DNA of 64,000 nucleotides from an uncultured bacterium (GTDB lineage Bacteria; Omnitrophota; Omnitrophia; Omnitrophales; CAZLUT01): NCBI GenBank assembly GCA_964562805.1, contig CAZLUT010000001.1, positions 32,574 to 96,573 of the forward strand, read 5' to 3'. Shown piece by piece: positions 55,030 to 64,000 of this stretch (position 1 is its first letter; each line of letters starts with the position of its first letter). The notes under the pieces were generated by a model. It saw only the letters and a program-made list of their open reading frames with translations, ran no database searches and was not told where the DNA came from. The position numbers and the translations under genes were made by a program.

Positions 55030-55476
55030 ATGAATGACACCCCGAAAGACAGATCAATTAATCTCACTGAAAATACCGATCAAAAAAAGGAGCAAACCCG
55101 ATTGACCAAGAAAAAAATATTAATTATCGAAGATGAAGATAGTACGAGTAAATTTCTTTCATTCCGTTTAGAAAAGTTAAATTTTGAGATCTTAACCGCT
55201 CAAGATGGACAGCGCGGGCTTAAACTTGCTGAGTCTGAAGCGCCGGACTTGATCATTCTGGATCTTATGCTGCCCAAGCTGCCGGGTGAAGAGATTTGCC
55301 GGTCGATAAAGGATAGTCATAATGAAAACCTGGCTGCTATCCCTATCATTGTTGTGACTGCCAAAGACTCCATTGTTGATAAAGTTTTTGGTAAAGCGGT
55401 TGGAGCCGATGCTTACATTACAAAACCTTTTAATTTTGAAGGGCTTCTAAAAGAAATAAACCGTTTTATTAGTTAG
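55030..55476 (+). CDS. Stand-alone response-regulator receiver domain protein (CheY-like)
   Basis: KKILIIEDEDS...DLIILDLMLP...IIVVTAK receiver motifs; GAGGTG box 8 nt upstream of the ATG at 55030. Confidence 0.75.
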   Translation: MNDTPKDRSINLTENTDQKKEQTRLTKKKILIIEDEDSTSKFLSFRLEKLNFEILTAQDGQRGLKLAESEAPDLIILDLMLPKLPGEEICRSIKDSHNENLAAIPIIVVTAKDSIVDKVFGKAVGADAYITKPFNFEGLLKEINRFIS

Positions 55477-55509
55477 ATTACTAATCAAAAAAAAGACTGG
55501 AATATCGGG

Positions 55510-56409
55510 ATGTCTTCATCCTCTAATTTTCTAGAAAATCTTTATAAAACAGCACCTGTCGGTCTCTGTTATTTTGACCGGGAATTTCGTTTTGCTTACG
55601 TTAATGATTGGCTGCTGGATATACTTCAAAGGCCAGCTTCTGAAATTCTTGGAAAGAAATTTGCTGATTTGGTTCCTGAGATAGCGCACCAAATTGAACC
55701 ACAGCTGCATGAAATGGTCGAAACGCGTAAACCCCTTCTCAATCTTGAAACTACAGGCTCTGTTCCCCCGGACATTCATAAAATCAGAACCTTTCTTGCG
55801 AACCACTACCCAATCTTTTCTAAGACGGGGGAATTTGAGGGTATTAGTGTGGTCGTTCAAGATGTAACCGAAAGAAAAAAGGCCGAAGAGGCTTACAAAA
55901 AGAGTGAAGAAAAGTTTCGAGCTCTAGCTGAGCAGTCTCCGAACATGATTTTTATTAATGCGAATGGGCGTGTTGTTTACGCCAATCAAAGATGTGAAGA
56001 AATTATCGGCTATTCCCATGAAGAATTTTATGCGCCTGATTTCAATTTTAAAACTTTGATTTCCTCTAGGCATTTGGAGAAAGTCGAAGCAAATTTTCGT
56101 AAGCACATGGAAGGCAGGGAAGTTGAGCCGTATGAATATGATATTGTCACCAAAGACGGAAAAATACTTCCTACCATCATAACTACTAAACTTATTAATT
56201 ATGAAAAGGGAAAAGCGATTCTCGGTATCGTTACTGATATTACTGAATACAAAGCCGCTCAAGGAGCCGTTATCAAGGCTAAAGAGGAGTTAGAAGGTAA
56301 GGTTGAAGAGCGGACTAGTGACCTTGTTAAAACAAATCAGGAGCTTGAAGAAGCGCTTAAGCAAAGAAAGGAAGCTGAAGAGGCTTTAAGGGCTTCAGAA
56401 GAAAAATGA
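55510..56409 (+). CDS. Multi-PAS sensor histidine kinase, N-terminal part (two PAS domains); terminated by an in-frame TGA that interrupts the gene
   Basis: PAS modules separated by SEEKFRAL-type linkers. The reading frame stays open and PAS-like for 35 codons after the TGA at 56407-56409 and joins the next ORF in the same frame. Confidence 0.6.
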   Translation: MSSSSNFLENLYKTAPVGLCYFDREFRFAYVNDWLLDILQRPASEILGKKFADLVPEIAHQIEPQLHEMVETRKPLLNLETTGSVPPDIHKIRTFLANHYPIFSKTGEFEGISVVVQDVTERKKAEEAYKKSEEKFRALAEQSPNMIFINANGRVVYANQRCEEIIGYSHEEFYAPDFNFKTLISSRHLEKVEANFRKHMEGREVEPYEYDIVTKDGKILPTIITTKLINYEKGKAILGIVTDITEYKAAQGAVIKAKEELEGKVEERTSDLVKTNQELEEALKQRKEAEEALRASEEK

Positions 56410-56514
56410 CGATCGCTTGTTGATAATGCCCCCAGCACTATTATTCTTTCGGACCGCGAGGGGAAAATTCAATTTATAAACAAAACAGGCGCTCAGGGAG
56501 GGGATCCCGAGCGA

Positions 56515-58626
56515 GTGGTCGGCGCAAATATTTTTGATTACATCGCACCTTCTTTTCATAACACAGTTCGAAAAGCTATCGAAAAAACATTTCGAACGGG
56601 CCAGCCTGGATTTTATGAATGTCAGGGCACCACACCCAATGGTGAGACTTATTGGTATGAAACCCACATCGGCCCAATTAAGTCTGACCATGAAACCACC
56701 GCGGTAATTTTATTTGCTGTTAATACCACTGAGAGAAAACTGGTTGAAAAATATTTACGTGACCAAGATGAGCTGCTTAAAAATATTATTACTAACATCC
56801 CGGCTTATGTTTCTTGGAAAGACCGGGACGCTGTTTATTTAGGAAGTAATGAAACGTTTGCGAAAGCCGCTGGGTTTTCCGGTCCCAAAGAACTGGTGGG
56901 CAAGACCGACTATGATATGGCATGGGAAAAGGAGAAAGCTGATTTCTATAGAAAGTGCGACAAGGAAGTTATAGAGAGTAATCAGCCTATGCTCAATGTC
57001 GAAGAAACCCAGCATCGGGCTGACGGCTCGAAAATAGTTCTTTTAACAAATAGGGTTCCCTTAAGGGATATTAATGGGCAGGCGATTGGCGTACTGGGAA
57101 TTAATTATGATATGACCGAGCGCAAGCGCGCGGAAGAAGCGTTGAAAGAATCTGAAGTAAAATACCGCACCCTGTTTGAGTCAGCCGCCGAGGGCATTAT
57201 TTTAGCTAATATCAAAACTAAAAAATTTCATTTCGCTAATCCTGCTATTTGTAACCTCTTAGGATATACCCAGGAAGAACTTCTTGAGATGAGCGTTGAG
57301 AATATTCATCCAAAAGAATCTCTGGGTGAAGTGAGCGCCGCTTTTGAAGAGCAAGTGCGGCAAGGCGGGGGACTTGCCCTGGGCTTACCTTGCAAGAGGA
57401 AAGACGGATCGGTCATTTATGTAAATATTAACGCAGCCATGATGCGTATTGGCGACATTGATTTTATGGTGGGATTTTTTATGGATATTACCGAGAGTAG
57501 AAAAATTCAAGAGGCACTTCAAGAAAGCGAAGCCCAATTTAGGGCGCTTTTTGAAACCTCATCCGATGCCATTATGCTTCTTGATGAAAAGGCATTTTTT
57601 GACTGCAATGAAGCCACGCTAAAATTATTTGGCGTACCGACAAAAAAGGAATTTACAACCTTTCACCCTGCCGAATTGTCTCCTCCTTATCAGCCAAATG
57701 GTGTTGATTCAATGACGATGGCAAACCAAAGGATTAAAGAAGCTTACACAACCGGCAAAAATCAGTTTGAGTGGATGCATCGGAGAACTAACGGAGAAGA
57801 TTTTCCGGCTGAGGTGTGGCTGAGTGTTTTGACGTTAAAGGGCAAAAAGGTGCTTCAAGCCACTGTGCGTGATATTTCTGAAAGAAAACACAGGGAAGCC
57901 CTGGAAGCTAAATCCGAATTTTTATCAATGGTATCCCATGAGCTTAAAACACCACTTCATTGTATTGCGGAGGGAATTAATATCGTTTTAGATGGTGCGG
58001 CAGGAAAAATTAATCGTGAGCAAAAAGAGATGCTTTCAACTTCTAAAAAAAGCGTCGATAGGTTGAGCCGCCTGATCACAAGCGCTCTCAGTTACCAGAG
58101 ATTGGAAGCCGACTCAATCGCTTTAGAAGAAGGTCATTATAATGTGAATGAATTGATTACTGGTATTGGCACACTGCTTGACGCATTTGTTAGAGCCAGA
58201 CGCATAAAATTTAAACTGAATTTAACCAAACCATTGCCGCGTGTTTGGTGTGACCGTGACAAAATTATTCAAGTGCTTTGGAACTTGATTGATAATGCCT
58301 TTAAACATACCCACAAGGGAACTGTTACTATCTCGACAGCGCTTGATAAAAGAAAAAATATGGTCAAGGTATCCGTTAAAGATACGGGTGTTGGAATTGA
58401 AAAATCGAGATTGGATAAACTTTTTAATGGCCTTAAGAATCATCGAAATAATCACCCAACCGGTGCGGCGGGCAGCGGTCTAGGGTTGATTATTTCAAAG
58501 CGGATTATAGAGCATCACGGCGGCACTATAACAGTTGAATCAAAGCGCCGGGCGGGAAGCATATTTTCTTTTATGCTGCCCATAAAAAAGACTAAGAAAA
58601 AGTTTGTAGAAAGGAGAAAGAAATGA
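56515..58626 (+). CDS. Multi-PAS sensor histidine kinase, C-terminal part (about 3 PAS domains, HisKA, HATPase_c). Same frame as 55510-56409 and probably one gene of about 1039 codons
   Basis: H-box SHELKTPLH around 57930, HATPase_c G-box GSGLGLIISKRIIEHHGG. The annotated GTG start lies inside a PAS domain that begins upstream of it. Confidence 0.6.
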   Translation: MVGANIFDYIAPSFHNTVRKAIEKTFRTGQPGFYECQGTTPNGETYWYETHIGPIKSDHETTAVILFAVNTTERKLVEKYLRDQDELLKNIITNIPAYVSWKDRDAVYLGSNETFAKAAGFSGPKELVGKTDYDMAWEKEKADFYRKCDKEVIESNQPMLNVEETQHRADGSKIVLLTNRVPLRDINGQAIGVLGINYDMTERKRAEEALKESEVKYRTLFESAAEGIILANIKTKKFHFANPAICNLLGYTQEELLEMSVENIHPKESLGEVSAAFEEQVRQGGGLALGLPCKRKDGSVIYVNINAAMMRIGDIDFMVGFFMDITESRKIQEALQESEAQFRALFETSSDAIMLLDEKAFFDCNEATLKLFGVPTKKEFTTFHPAELSPPYQPNGVDSMTMANQRIKEAYTTGKNQFEWMHRRTNGEDFPAEVWLSVLTLKGKKVLQATVRDISERKHREALEAKSEFLSMVSHELKTPLHCIAEGINIVLDGAAGKINREQKEMLSTSKKSVDRLSRLITSALSYQRLEADSIALEEGHYNVNELITGIGTLLDAFVRARRIKFKLNLTKPLPRVWCDRDKIIQVLWNLIDNAFKHTHKGTVTISTALDKRKNMVKVSVKDTGVGIEKSRLDKLFNGLKNHRNNHPTGAAGSGLGLIISKRIIEHHGGTITVESKRRAGSIFSFMLPIKKTKKKFVERRKK

Positions 58627-59123
58627 AGAAATATTTAATAGTGGGACTAGTGCTTTTAATGAGCGCCTCTTTTGCCCTTGCGCCCCAGGCGGCTTTTGCT
58701 GATGGAGGCAAAGGTAGTGCGGGTCAGTGCGAAATGGCAAAGAAATTTTTTGGAAAAGTAAAAATGATTTACATGAACCAAAAAGAGCTTGATGTATCTG
58801 ATAAGCAGATGGAGAAGATAAAAAAGCTTAAGATTGATACTAAAAAATATCTTATCGAACAGAATGCCAAGATAGATCTGTTAAAGGTTGATATTAAGGT
58901 TCATCTTTGGGAGCCGAAAGTTGATACCGGAAAAGTGAATAAGCTGGTTGATAAAAAATACGATCTTAAAAAGGATAAGGTTAAATATTTAGTTAAGTCT
59001 TACGCGAGCTTGAAAAAGATTCTCTCGGACGAGCAGATGGACAAGCTGAAAGATATTTATCTTGCTTCTAAAAAGGAGAAAAATAAACATAAAAAATGTC
59101 CGTTGTTGAGTTGGAAGAAATAA
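58623..59123 (+). CDS. Periplasmic Spy/CpxP-like (LTXXQ-motif) protein
   Basis: Signal peptide ...SASFALAPQAAFA; two LxxxQ-type motifs (VSDKQMEKIKKL, LSDEQMDKLKDI); K-rich; ATGA overlap with the kinase stop. Confidence 0.45.
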   Translation: MKKYLIVGLVLLMSASFALAPQAAFADGGKGSAGQCEMAKKFFGKVKMIYMNQKELDVSDKQMEKIKKLKIDTKKYLIEQNAKIDLLKVDIKVHLWEPKVDTGKVNKLVDKKYDLKKDKVKYLVKSYASLKKILSDEQMDKLKDIYLASKKEKNKHKKCPLLSWKK

Positions 59124-59144
59124 ACAAGATCTAAAAGTAAAAAA

Positions 59145-59178
59145 AGCGGCAGGGGATAAAACCCCTCGCCGCTTTTTT
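59145..59178 (+). terminator. Rho-independent terminator
   Basis: AGCGGCAGGGG-ataaaa-CCCCTCGCCGCT followed by T6. Confidence 0.7.
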
Positions 59179-59185
59179 ATGTGTT

Positions 59186-59245
59186 TTGTGCTTTGTGTTT
59201 TATTTGTGTTTTGTTGTTTGTGCTTTGTGTTTTTGGTCTGCTCTA
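59186..59245. repeat. Solo copy of the ACACAAA-unit inverted-repeat arm (same family as 3099-3130 and 3548-3579)
   Basis: The reverse complement contains AAAACACAAATAAAACACAAA, identical to 3121-3141; located in a convergent intergenic spacer. Confidence 0.55.
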
Positions 59246-60073
59246 GAAGTAATCTGCCAAATTTTCAATTTTCCTTGCTTCTTCGACCTTCCCGCGTTTC
59301 TTGGCTCCTTCGGAATAAATAGCACATTTAATCCGCAGCTCTTCAATAGCCTGGGCGGCTTGTTTTTTGTTAAGAGGATGATTCATGAGAAGATTTTTGA
59401 TTGATTGGATTCGATAGTAATCCATGGCTGAGTAAGCCTGGGAAAGTTGGTCAGAATGCCCTCCTCGTTTAATAATTAAAGGCTCCTTAATAAATTCAAT
59501 CTTATATCTGTAACTAATCCGAAGCCATAAATCATAATCCTCACAAACAGGAAGTGTTTCATCAAAAGGACCGACTTTTTCTAGAAGAGCCCGGCTCATA
59601 ATAGTAGCCGAGGGACTTACGACGCAAAGCTCTAAGCACCGCTCAAAAATATCACCCCCTGATTTTTGATGCTTCTTCATTGGGTTGACGCGTTTTCCAT
59701 CCCGAATCCACATCTCTTCGGTTTGGCAGATTTGGATATCCGGGTGTTCTTTGAGATAATTCATTTGCACTTCAAGTTTCTTCGGGTACCACAAATCATC
59801 AGAGTCCAGAAAAGCTATCCAAGGCGAGCTTGATTTTTCGATACCCCGGTTACGGGCATAGGAAACACCCCGGTTTTCTTCAAAAGTGAGGGAACGAAGA
59901 TTGATTTTAGACTGGTAAATCTTTAAGATGTCGGGTGTTAAATCGTTTGAACCGTCATTAATGACAATGACTTCAAAGTCACGGTAAGTTTGCTTTTCAA
60001 GCGAATCTAGAGCTTCCCTTAGAAGGTGAGCTCGGTTATAAGTTGGAATAATAACGCTAACTTTGGGATTCAT
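59243..60073 (-). CDS. Family 2 glycosyltransferase
   Basis: VSVIIPTYNRAHLL...FEVIVINDGSND...AFLDSDD GT2 motifs. Start set at the ATG giving MNPKVSVIIP; the ORF track extends to 60112. Confidence 0.75.
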   Translation of the reverse strand: MNPKVSVIIPTYNRAHLLREALDSLEKQTYRDFEVIVINDGSNDLTPDILKIYQSKINLRSLTFEENRGVSYARNRGIEKSSSPWIAFLDSDDLWYPKKLEVQMNYLKEHPDIQICQTEEMWIRDGKRVNPMKKHQKSGGDIFERCLELCVVSPSATIMSRALLEKVGPFDETLPVCEDYDLWLRISYRYKIEFIKEPLIIKRGGHSDQLSQAYSAMDYYRIQSIKNLLMNHPLNKKQAAQAIEELRIKCAIYSEGAKKRGKVEEARKIENLADYF

Positions 60074-60102
60074 GGCGTTATGGTACCTAAGGGAGAAAAG
60101 AA

Positions 60103-60663
60103 GTGGAATCATTTTCGGAATTTAAAATCAAAGATTACTTAAGAGATCTCGCTTCAGCTAAGCCGTCTCCGGGCGGAGGTTCAGCGGCGGGTATCGTAAC
60201 GGCTCTTGGATGCGGTCTTATCAGCAAGGTTGCCGTTATTAGCCAAGCTAAGAATGAAGAAAGTAATTTTGATAGCGAAATTCAAGAAGCCGAAACGCTG
60301 CAAAAAGCTTCTTTGAAGCTTTCGGACTTGGATGCCGAGGTTTATGCTGATGTGGTTAAGGCTTACAAAGTAAAAGCCACCACTGATGATGAAAAATCCA
60401 AAAGACGGGATGCTATCGATGAAGCTTTAAAAAAAGCCTTTGATGTTCCTTATCAACTTTTAGAAATAATTAAAAAGGGTGAGAGCTTACGGAAAAAACT
60501 TCTCAAGAAAACGAGCGGTGCTATCGCAAGCGATCTTGACGTAGCCGAGAACTTTTTTGGAGGTGCCCATAAAAGCACTCGGCATTTAGCGGAGGGAAAC
60601 TTGGCCTGTATAAAAAACGAAACTATCAAAAACGAGTTAAAAAAGATGCTGGAGACGCTTTAA
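60103..60663 (+). CDS. fchA: Cyclodeaminase/cyclohydrolase family protein (FTCD C-domain-like; FchA-type methenyl-THF cyclohydrolase candidate)
   Basis: PSPGGGSAAGIVTALGCGLISKVA matches the FTCD_C/FchA signature; GTG start with an AGGGAGAAAAG box; TAATG overlap with folD. Confidence 0.55.
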   Translation: MESFSEFKIKDYLRDLASAKPSPGGGSAAGIVTALGCGLISKVAVISQAKNEESNFDSEIQEAETLQKASLKLSDLDAEVYADVVKAYKVKATTDDEKSKRRDAIDEALKKAFDVPYQLLEIIKKGESLRKKLLKKTSGAIASDLDVAENFFGGAHKSTRHLAEGNLACIKNETIKNELKKMLETL

Positions 60664-61526
60664 TGGCAGTAGAATTATTAAAAGGTAAAGAGATCGCCCT
60701 TGTCTTAAAAGAAAAAATTAAAAAAGACGTCGAGGCAATAAAAAAAGAACATAATAAAGTTCCAACCTTGGTTGTCCTGAAGGCCAACACCGACCACGCT
60801 TCTGATATTTATCTTAAGAGTCAGCAAAAAACAGCAGACGAACTCGGAATTAATTATGAAGTGAGAGATTTTGACCCCAAAAAGGGTGTGAGCGCTTTTA
60901 TAAAAGATATCAAAGAGCTTAATCAGGATGCTTCGGTTAATGGAATTATGATCCAACTGCCCTTGCCCGAAGGTTGGGACGCGGACCGGCTTCATGGAGT
61001 TTTGGATCCCAAAAAAGATGTTGAAGGCGTTTCACCCGAAAATTTAGGTCTTATTGTCTTAAAAAAAGAAGTGATTGTTCCTTGTACAGCTCAAGCTGTT
61101 ATGGAAATCTTGCGCTTTTCCGCAGTGCCTCTTTATGGGGCTGAGGTGGTTATTGTTGGTTCCAGTTTTATTGTGGGAAGACCGGTCGCGATGCTTCTTA
61201 TGAGAGAAAGATCAAGTGTGCATGTTTTAGGCTCTGCTTCTTCAAAAAATAACACATTAGAAGGGCATGTGAAGAATGCCGATATTGTTATTGCCTGTGC
61301 GGGACAGGCACATTTAATTAAAGGCGATTGGATAAAAAAAGATGCCGTCGTAATCGATGTAGGTATCAATAAATTAGATGGCAAGACCGTAGGAGACGTG
61401 GAATTTGAAACGGCAGAAAAACAAGCCTCTAAAATCACGCCGGTTCCTGGGGGCGTAGGACCTTTGACCGTAACCATTCTGATGCAGAACCTTATCCGTG
61501 CTTTCCGCTGGCAGACCGAAAAATAG
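60663..61526 (+). CDS. folD: Bifunctional methylene-THF dehydrogenase / methenyl-THF cyclohydrolase FolD
   Basis: NGIMIQLPLP, VVIVGSSFIVGRPVAMLL, PVPGGVGPLTV. Confidence 0.9.
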   Translation: MAVELLKGKEIALVLKEKIKKDVEAIKKEHNKVPTLVVLKANTDHASDIYLKSQQKTADELGINYEVRDFDPKKGVSAFIKDIKELNQDASVNGIMIQLPLPEGWDADRLHGVLDPKKDVEGVSPENLGLIVLKKEVIVPCTAQAVMEILRFSAVPLYGAEVVIVGSSFIVGRPVAMLLMRERSSVHVLGSASSKNNTLEGHVKNADIVIACAGQAHLIKGDWIKKDAVVIDVGINKLDGKTVGDVEFETAEKQASKITPVPGGVGPLTVTILMQNLIRAFRWQTEK

Positions 61527-61553
61527 GAAGTATCAGTTTGTGGGAGAGTAATT

Positions 61554-62420
61554 TTGCATAAAATTGTTTCTAAAAAAGAAATGGCAGGGGGTACTGTCTA
61601 TGAATTTGTAGTCGAGGCCCCCAAAATTGCGGCTAAGGCAAAGCCGGGGCAATTTATTTTGTTGCGTGCCAATGAGGAAGGTGAACGGATCCCTTTAACA
61701 ATCGCGGATCCTAATAAGGAACAGGGCACCATCGCTCTCATTTTTCAGGTAGTTGGTAAAACCACCGCTTTATTGAAGACTTTAAATGTGGGAGACGAGA
61801 TTTTAGATGTGGTAGGCCCTCTAGGGAAACCAACTCATGTCGAAAAATTGGGCACTGTTATTTGTATAGGCGGTGGAACAGGCACAGCCGTTCTTTACCC
61901 AATCACAAAAGCCTTTAAAACAATCGGCAATAAGGTGATTTCTATTTTGGGCGCCAGGAATAAAGATCTGATTATTTTGGAAGATAAAATGAAAAGCGTA
62001 AGTGATCAGCTTGAAATTTCTACGGATGATGGTTCTAAGGGCGTCAAGGGTCTTGTAACGTATGTTTTGGAGAAAATTCTGGAAGAAGATAAGAAGGAAA
62101 AAAAAGTAAAGCTTATTATCGCGATCGGCCCCGTACCCATGATGAAATTTGTTTCAAAATTAACAAAAAAATACGACGTTAAGACATTGGTGAGTCTTAA
62201 TCCGATTATGGTGGATGGCACTGGTATGTGCGGCGGTTGCCGGGTATCAGTGGGCGGGGAGACTAAATTTTGCTGCGTTGATGGGCCTGAGTTTGATGGA
62301 CATCAAGTTGATTTTGATGAACTGACAATGCGGCTTCGCGCCTATTCAAACCACGAGCGGTGTGCTATGGATAAATGCAGACTGCAAAAAGAAGCGAACA
62401 AGCTGGAAGGTGATAGGTGA
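61554..62420 (+). CDS. nfnA: NfnA/SudB-type FAD- and [2Fe-2S]-containing oxidoreductase subunit (PyrK-like)
   Basis: KIVSKKEMAGGTVYEFVVEAP N-terminus, FAD/NAD-binding fold, C-terminal CGGCRV...C iron-sulfur motif; TTG start after GTGGGAGAG. Confidence 0.7.
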   Translation: MHKIVSKKEMAGGTVYEFVVEAPKIAAKAKPGQFILLRANEEGERIPLTIADPNKEQGTIALIFQVVGKTTALLKTLNVGDEILDVVGPLGKPTHVEKLGTVICIGGGTGTAVLYPITKAFKTIGNKVISILGARNKDLIILEDKMKSVSDQLEISTDDGSKGVKGLVTYVLEKILEEDKKEKKVKLIIAIGPVPMMKFVSKLTKKYDVKTLVSLNPIMVDGTGMCGGCRVSVGGETKFCCVDGPEFDGHQVDFDELTMRLRAYSNHERCAMDKCRLQKEANKLEGDR

Positions 62421-62423
62421 TAG

Positions 62424-63827
62424 GTGGTAGGTGATAGCAAAAACCAAAAGGTTCCCCGGCAGGCGATGCCCCAGCAGGATCCGGAGGTACGAAAAAAAAA
62501 TTTTAATGAAGTGCCTTTGGGGTACTCATCCGAAGCAGCCCAGCTTGAAGCGCACCGTTGTCTTCAGTGCAAAAAACCAAAATGTGTTTTAGGCTGTCCC
62601 GTTAGCATTGATATCCCCGGGTTCATTAAATGTATTGCCGAAGGAGATTTTGAGGGTTCAGCTAAAAAGCTTAAAGAAAAAACATGTCTACCTGCTGTTT
62701 GCGGAAGAGTCTGTCCTCAAGAAGATCAGTGTGAAAGCGCCTGTGTGGTCGGCATTAAAGATAAACCGGTCGCTATTGGTTATTTGGAACGATTCGCTTC
62801 GGATTGGGAACGGTTTCAAAAAAAGATCTTAATACCGAAAAAAAAGCCGGCCACAGGTAAAAAAATTGCTGTCGTCGGAAGTGGCCCCGCCGGAATCACA
62901 GTAGCCGGAGACCTTATTATTAAAGGGCATGATGTTACTATTTTTGAGGCCTTTCATAAGCCGGGCGGTGTTTTAATCTACGGTATCCCGGAATTTCGCT
63001 TACCCAAAGAAATTGTTGAAACTGAAATTGCATATCTAAAAAAAATAGGGGTCAAAATCGAATGCAATTCAGTTATTGGCCGAATTGAGTCAGTTGATGA
63101 ATTGCTCAAAGAAGGTTTTGACGCGGTTTTTATAGGTGTGGGAGCAGGGCTCCCCATGTTTATGAGTGTTCCCGGCGAGAATCTTTGCGGAATTTATTCC
63201 GCTAATGAGTATTTAACACGTGCTAACCTGATGAAAGCCTATCTGTTCCCAAATTATGATACTCCGATAGCGAAGGGGAAAGACGTTTGCGTAATTGGGG
63301 CCGGTAATGTCGCAATTGATGCCGCGCGTACAGCACTTCGCTTGGGTGCTGAGCGGGTCCAAGTGGTTTACCGCCGTTCCCGCAAGGAAATGCCGGCTCG
63401 TGAGGAAGAAATTCATCATGCCGAAGAAGAGGGGATTTTGTTCCATGTTTTAACAAGTCCTACGCGCTTTATTGGCAGTGAATCAGGTTGGGTAACGGGT
63501 ATGGAGTGTGTCAATATGCAGTTGGGAGATATCGATGAATCGGGCAGAGCCAGACCTGTTCCTATTAAAGGTTCGGAGCATGTTCTTAAATGTGATTTGG
63601 TTGTAGTTGCTATCGGCTCGAGTGCCAACCCTTTACTTACGGCAACAACCCCTGATTTAAACACCAATAAACGGGGTTATATTACGGCTGACCTAGAAAC
63701 CGGAAAAACTTCGAAACAGGGAGTTTGGGCCGGTGGTGATATTGTAACGGGTGCCGCCACAGTAATTTTGGCCATGGGGGCAGGCCGTAAAGCTGCTGAT
63801 TCGATACACGAGTATTTAACTTCATAA
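62424..63827 (+). CDS. nfnB: NfnB/GltD-like NADPH-dependent oxidoreductase subunit (glutamate-synthase small-chain family)
   Basis: Two 4Fe-4S Cys clusters (CLQCKKPKCVLGCP, CGRVCPQEDQCESAC); FAD and NAD Rossmann motifs KIAVVGSGPAG and VCVIGAGNVAIDAA; GTG start. Confidence 0.8.
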   Translation: MVGDSKNQKVPRQAMPQQDPEVRKKNFNEVPLGYSSEAAQLEAHRCLQCKKPKCVLGCPVSIDIPGFIKCIAEGDFEGSAKKLKEKTCLPAVCGRVCPQEDQCESACVVGIKDKPVAIGYLERFASDWERFQKKILIPKKKPATGKKIAVVGSGPAGITVAGDLIIKGHDVTIFEAFHKPGGVLIYGIPEFRLPKEIVETEIAYLKKIGVKIECNSVIGRIESVDELLKEGFDAVFIGVGAGLPMFMSVPGENLCGIYSANEYLTRANLMKAYLFPNYDTPIAKGKDVCVIGAGNVAIDAARTALRLGAERVQVVYRRSRKEMPAREEEIHHAEEEGILFHVLTSPTRFIGSESGWVTGMECVNMQLGDIDESGRARPVPIKGSEHVLKCDLVVVAIGSSANPLLTATTPDLNTNKRGYITADLETGKTSKQGVWAGGDIVTGAATVILAMGAGRKAADSIHEYLTS

Positions 63828-63898
63828 GAGCAGCAAAATTATCTGAAAAACTTTTGAATATTTTTACCACACCCCACGTCTAACCGTTAGAGGAGCCT

Positions 63899-64000
63899 AT
63901 GAAAGATGAAGATCTCGGCTTAGTCAATAAGGCTAAGGCGGGCGAGAAAAAGGCATTCTCAGAATTGATAAAGCGGTATTACGAAATGGTATATGCGGTC
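63899..64000 (+). CDS. ECF/sigma-70 family RNA polymerase sigma factor, N-terminal fragment (continues beyond the window)
   Basis: GAGGAG box before the ATG; MKDEDLGLVNKAKAGEKKAFSELIKRYYEMVY resembles ECF sigma region 2.1. Confidence 0.6.
   Translation, partial: MKDEDLGLVNKAKAGEKKAFSELIKRYYEMVYAV

Noticed and set aside
56407-56409. TGA as selenocysteine or as a sense codon (alternative genetic code)
   Set aside because: TGA is used as an ordinary stop by several well-supported genes in the window (for example ABC ATPase at 1256-1258 and mdh at 37172-37174). No SECIS-like hairpin follows immediately. A PAS linker is an implausible place for selenocysteine.

Overview
This is a 64 kb chromosomal segment of a low-GC (roughly 40%) bacterium with a Gram-negative-type envelope; the envelope call rests on a GT9 heptosyltransferase fragment, MlaEFD, HflKC and lipoproteins. 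Almost all genes lie on the + strand and are tightly packed. I saw no rRNA, tRNA or CRISPR array.

Most of the window is ordinary housekeeping:
- Translation and tRNA/rRNA modification: rlmN, ychF, mnmE and a CsaA-like tRNA-binding protein.
- Central metabolism: icd-like dehydrogenase, mdh, nfnAB.
- Folate and C1 metabolism: pabB, pabC, purH, folC, an FchA-like cyclohydrolase and folD.
- Envelope and membrane functions: mlaEFD, hflKC, a GT2 glycosyltransferase and an ABC-2 exporter.
- Signalling: a partner-switching set (RsbW-like kinase, STAS protein, CHASE2-PP2C phosphatase), a receiver domain plus a multi-PAS histidine kinase, and the start of an ECF sigma factor.

The outstanding feature is a 17.5 kb block (5355-22813) made of two tandem, translationally coupled giant genes of 2742 and 3076 aa. 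Both products carry signal peptides and are mosaically paralogous. They are built from shuffled modules: a GHKL ATPase, receiver-like domains, an H-box, a SAM-methyltransferase, GNAT-like modules, a K/P-rich basic stretch and many unknown modules. The modules are separated at least 22 times by a conserved x-[TA]-G-K-S-L-G-E-[ED] junction motif. That motif is encoded with different codons in different copies, and gene 2 contains recent internal tandem duplications. It reads like an undescribed secreted polyprotein or effector-cassette system with Leu-Gly processing-type sites.

Other notable elements:
- A four-helix-bundle (23S-rRNA-IVS-type) gene sits between perfect 32-nt inverted repeats; a solo arm occurs elsewhere, and a long imperfect palindrome lies 3' of the giant operon.
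- A dispersed intergenic repeat family with core TTAGTGAATAGTGG occurs six times.
- A single in-frame TGA splits the multi-PAS histidine kinase exactly where a conserved aromatic linker residue is expected.
- Tandem related GC-rich palindromes lie between purH and folC.

All calls come from reading the sequence and motif recognition; no searches were run.
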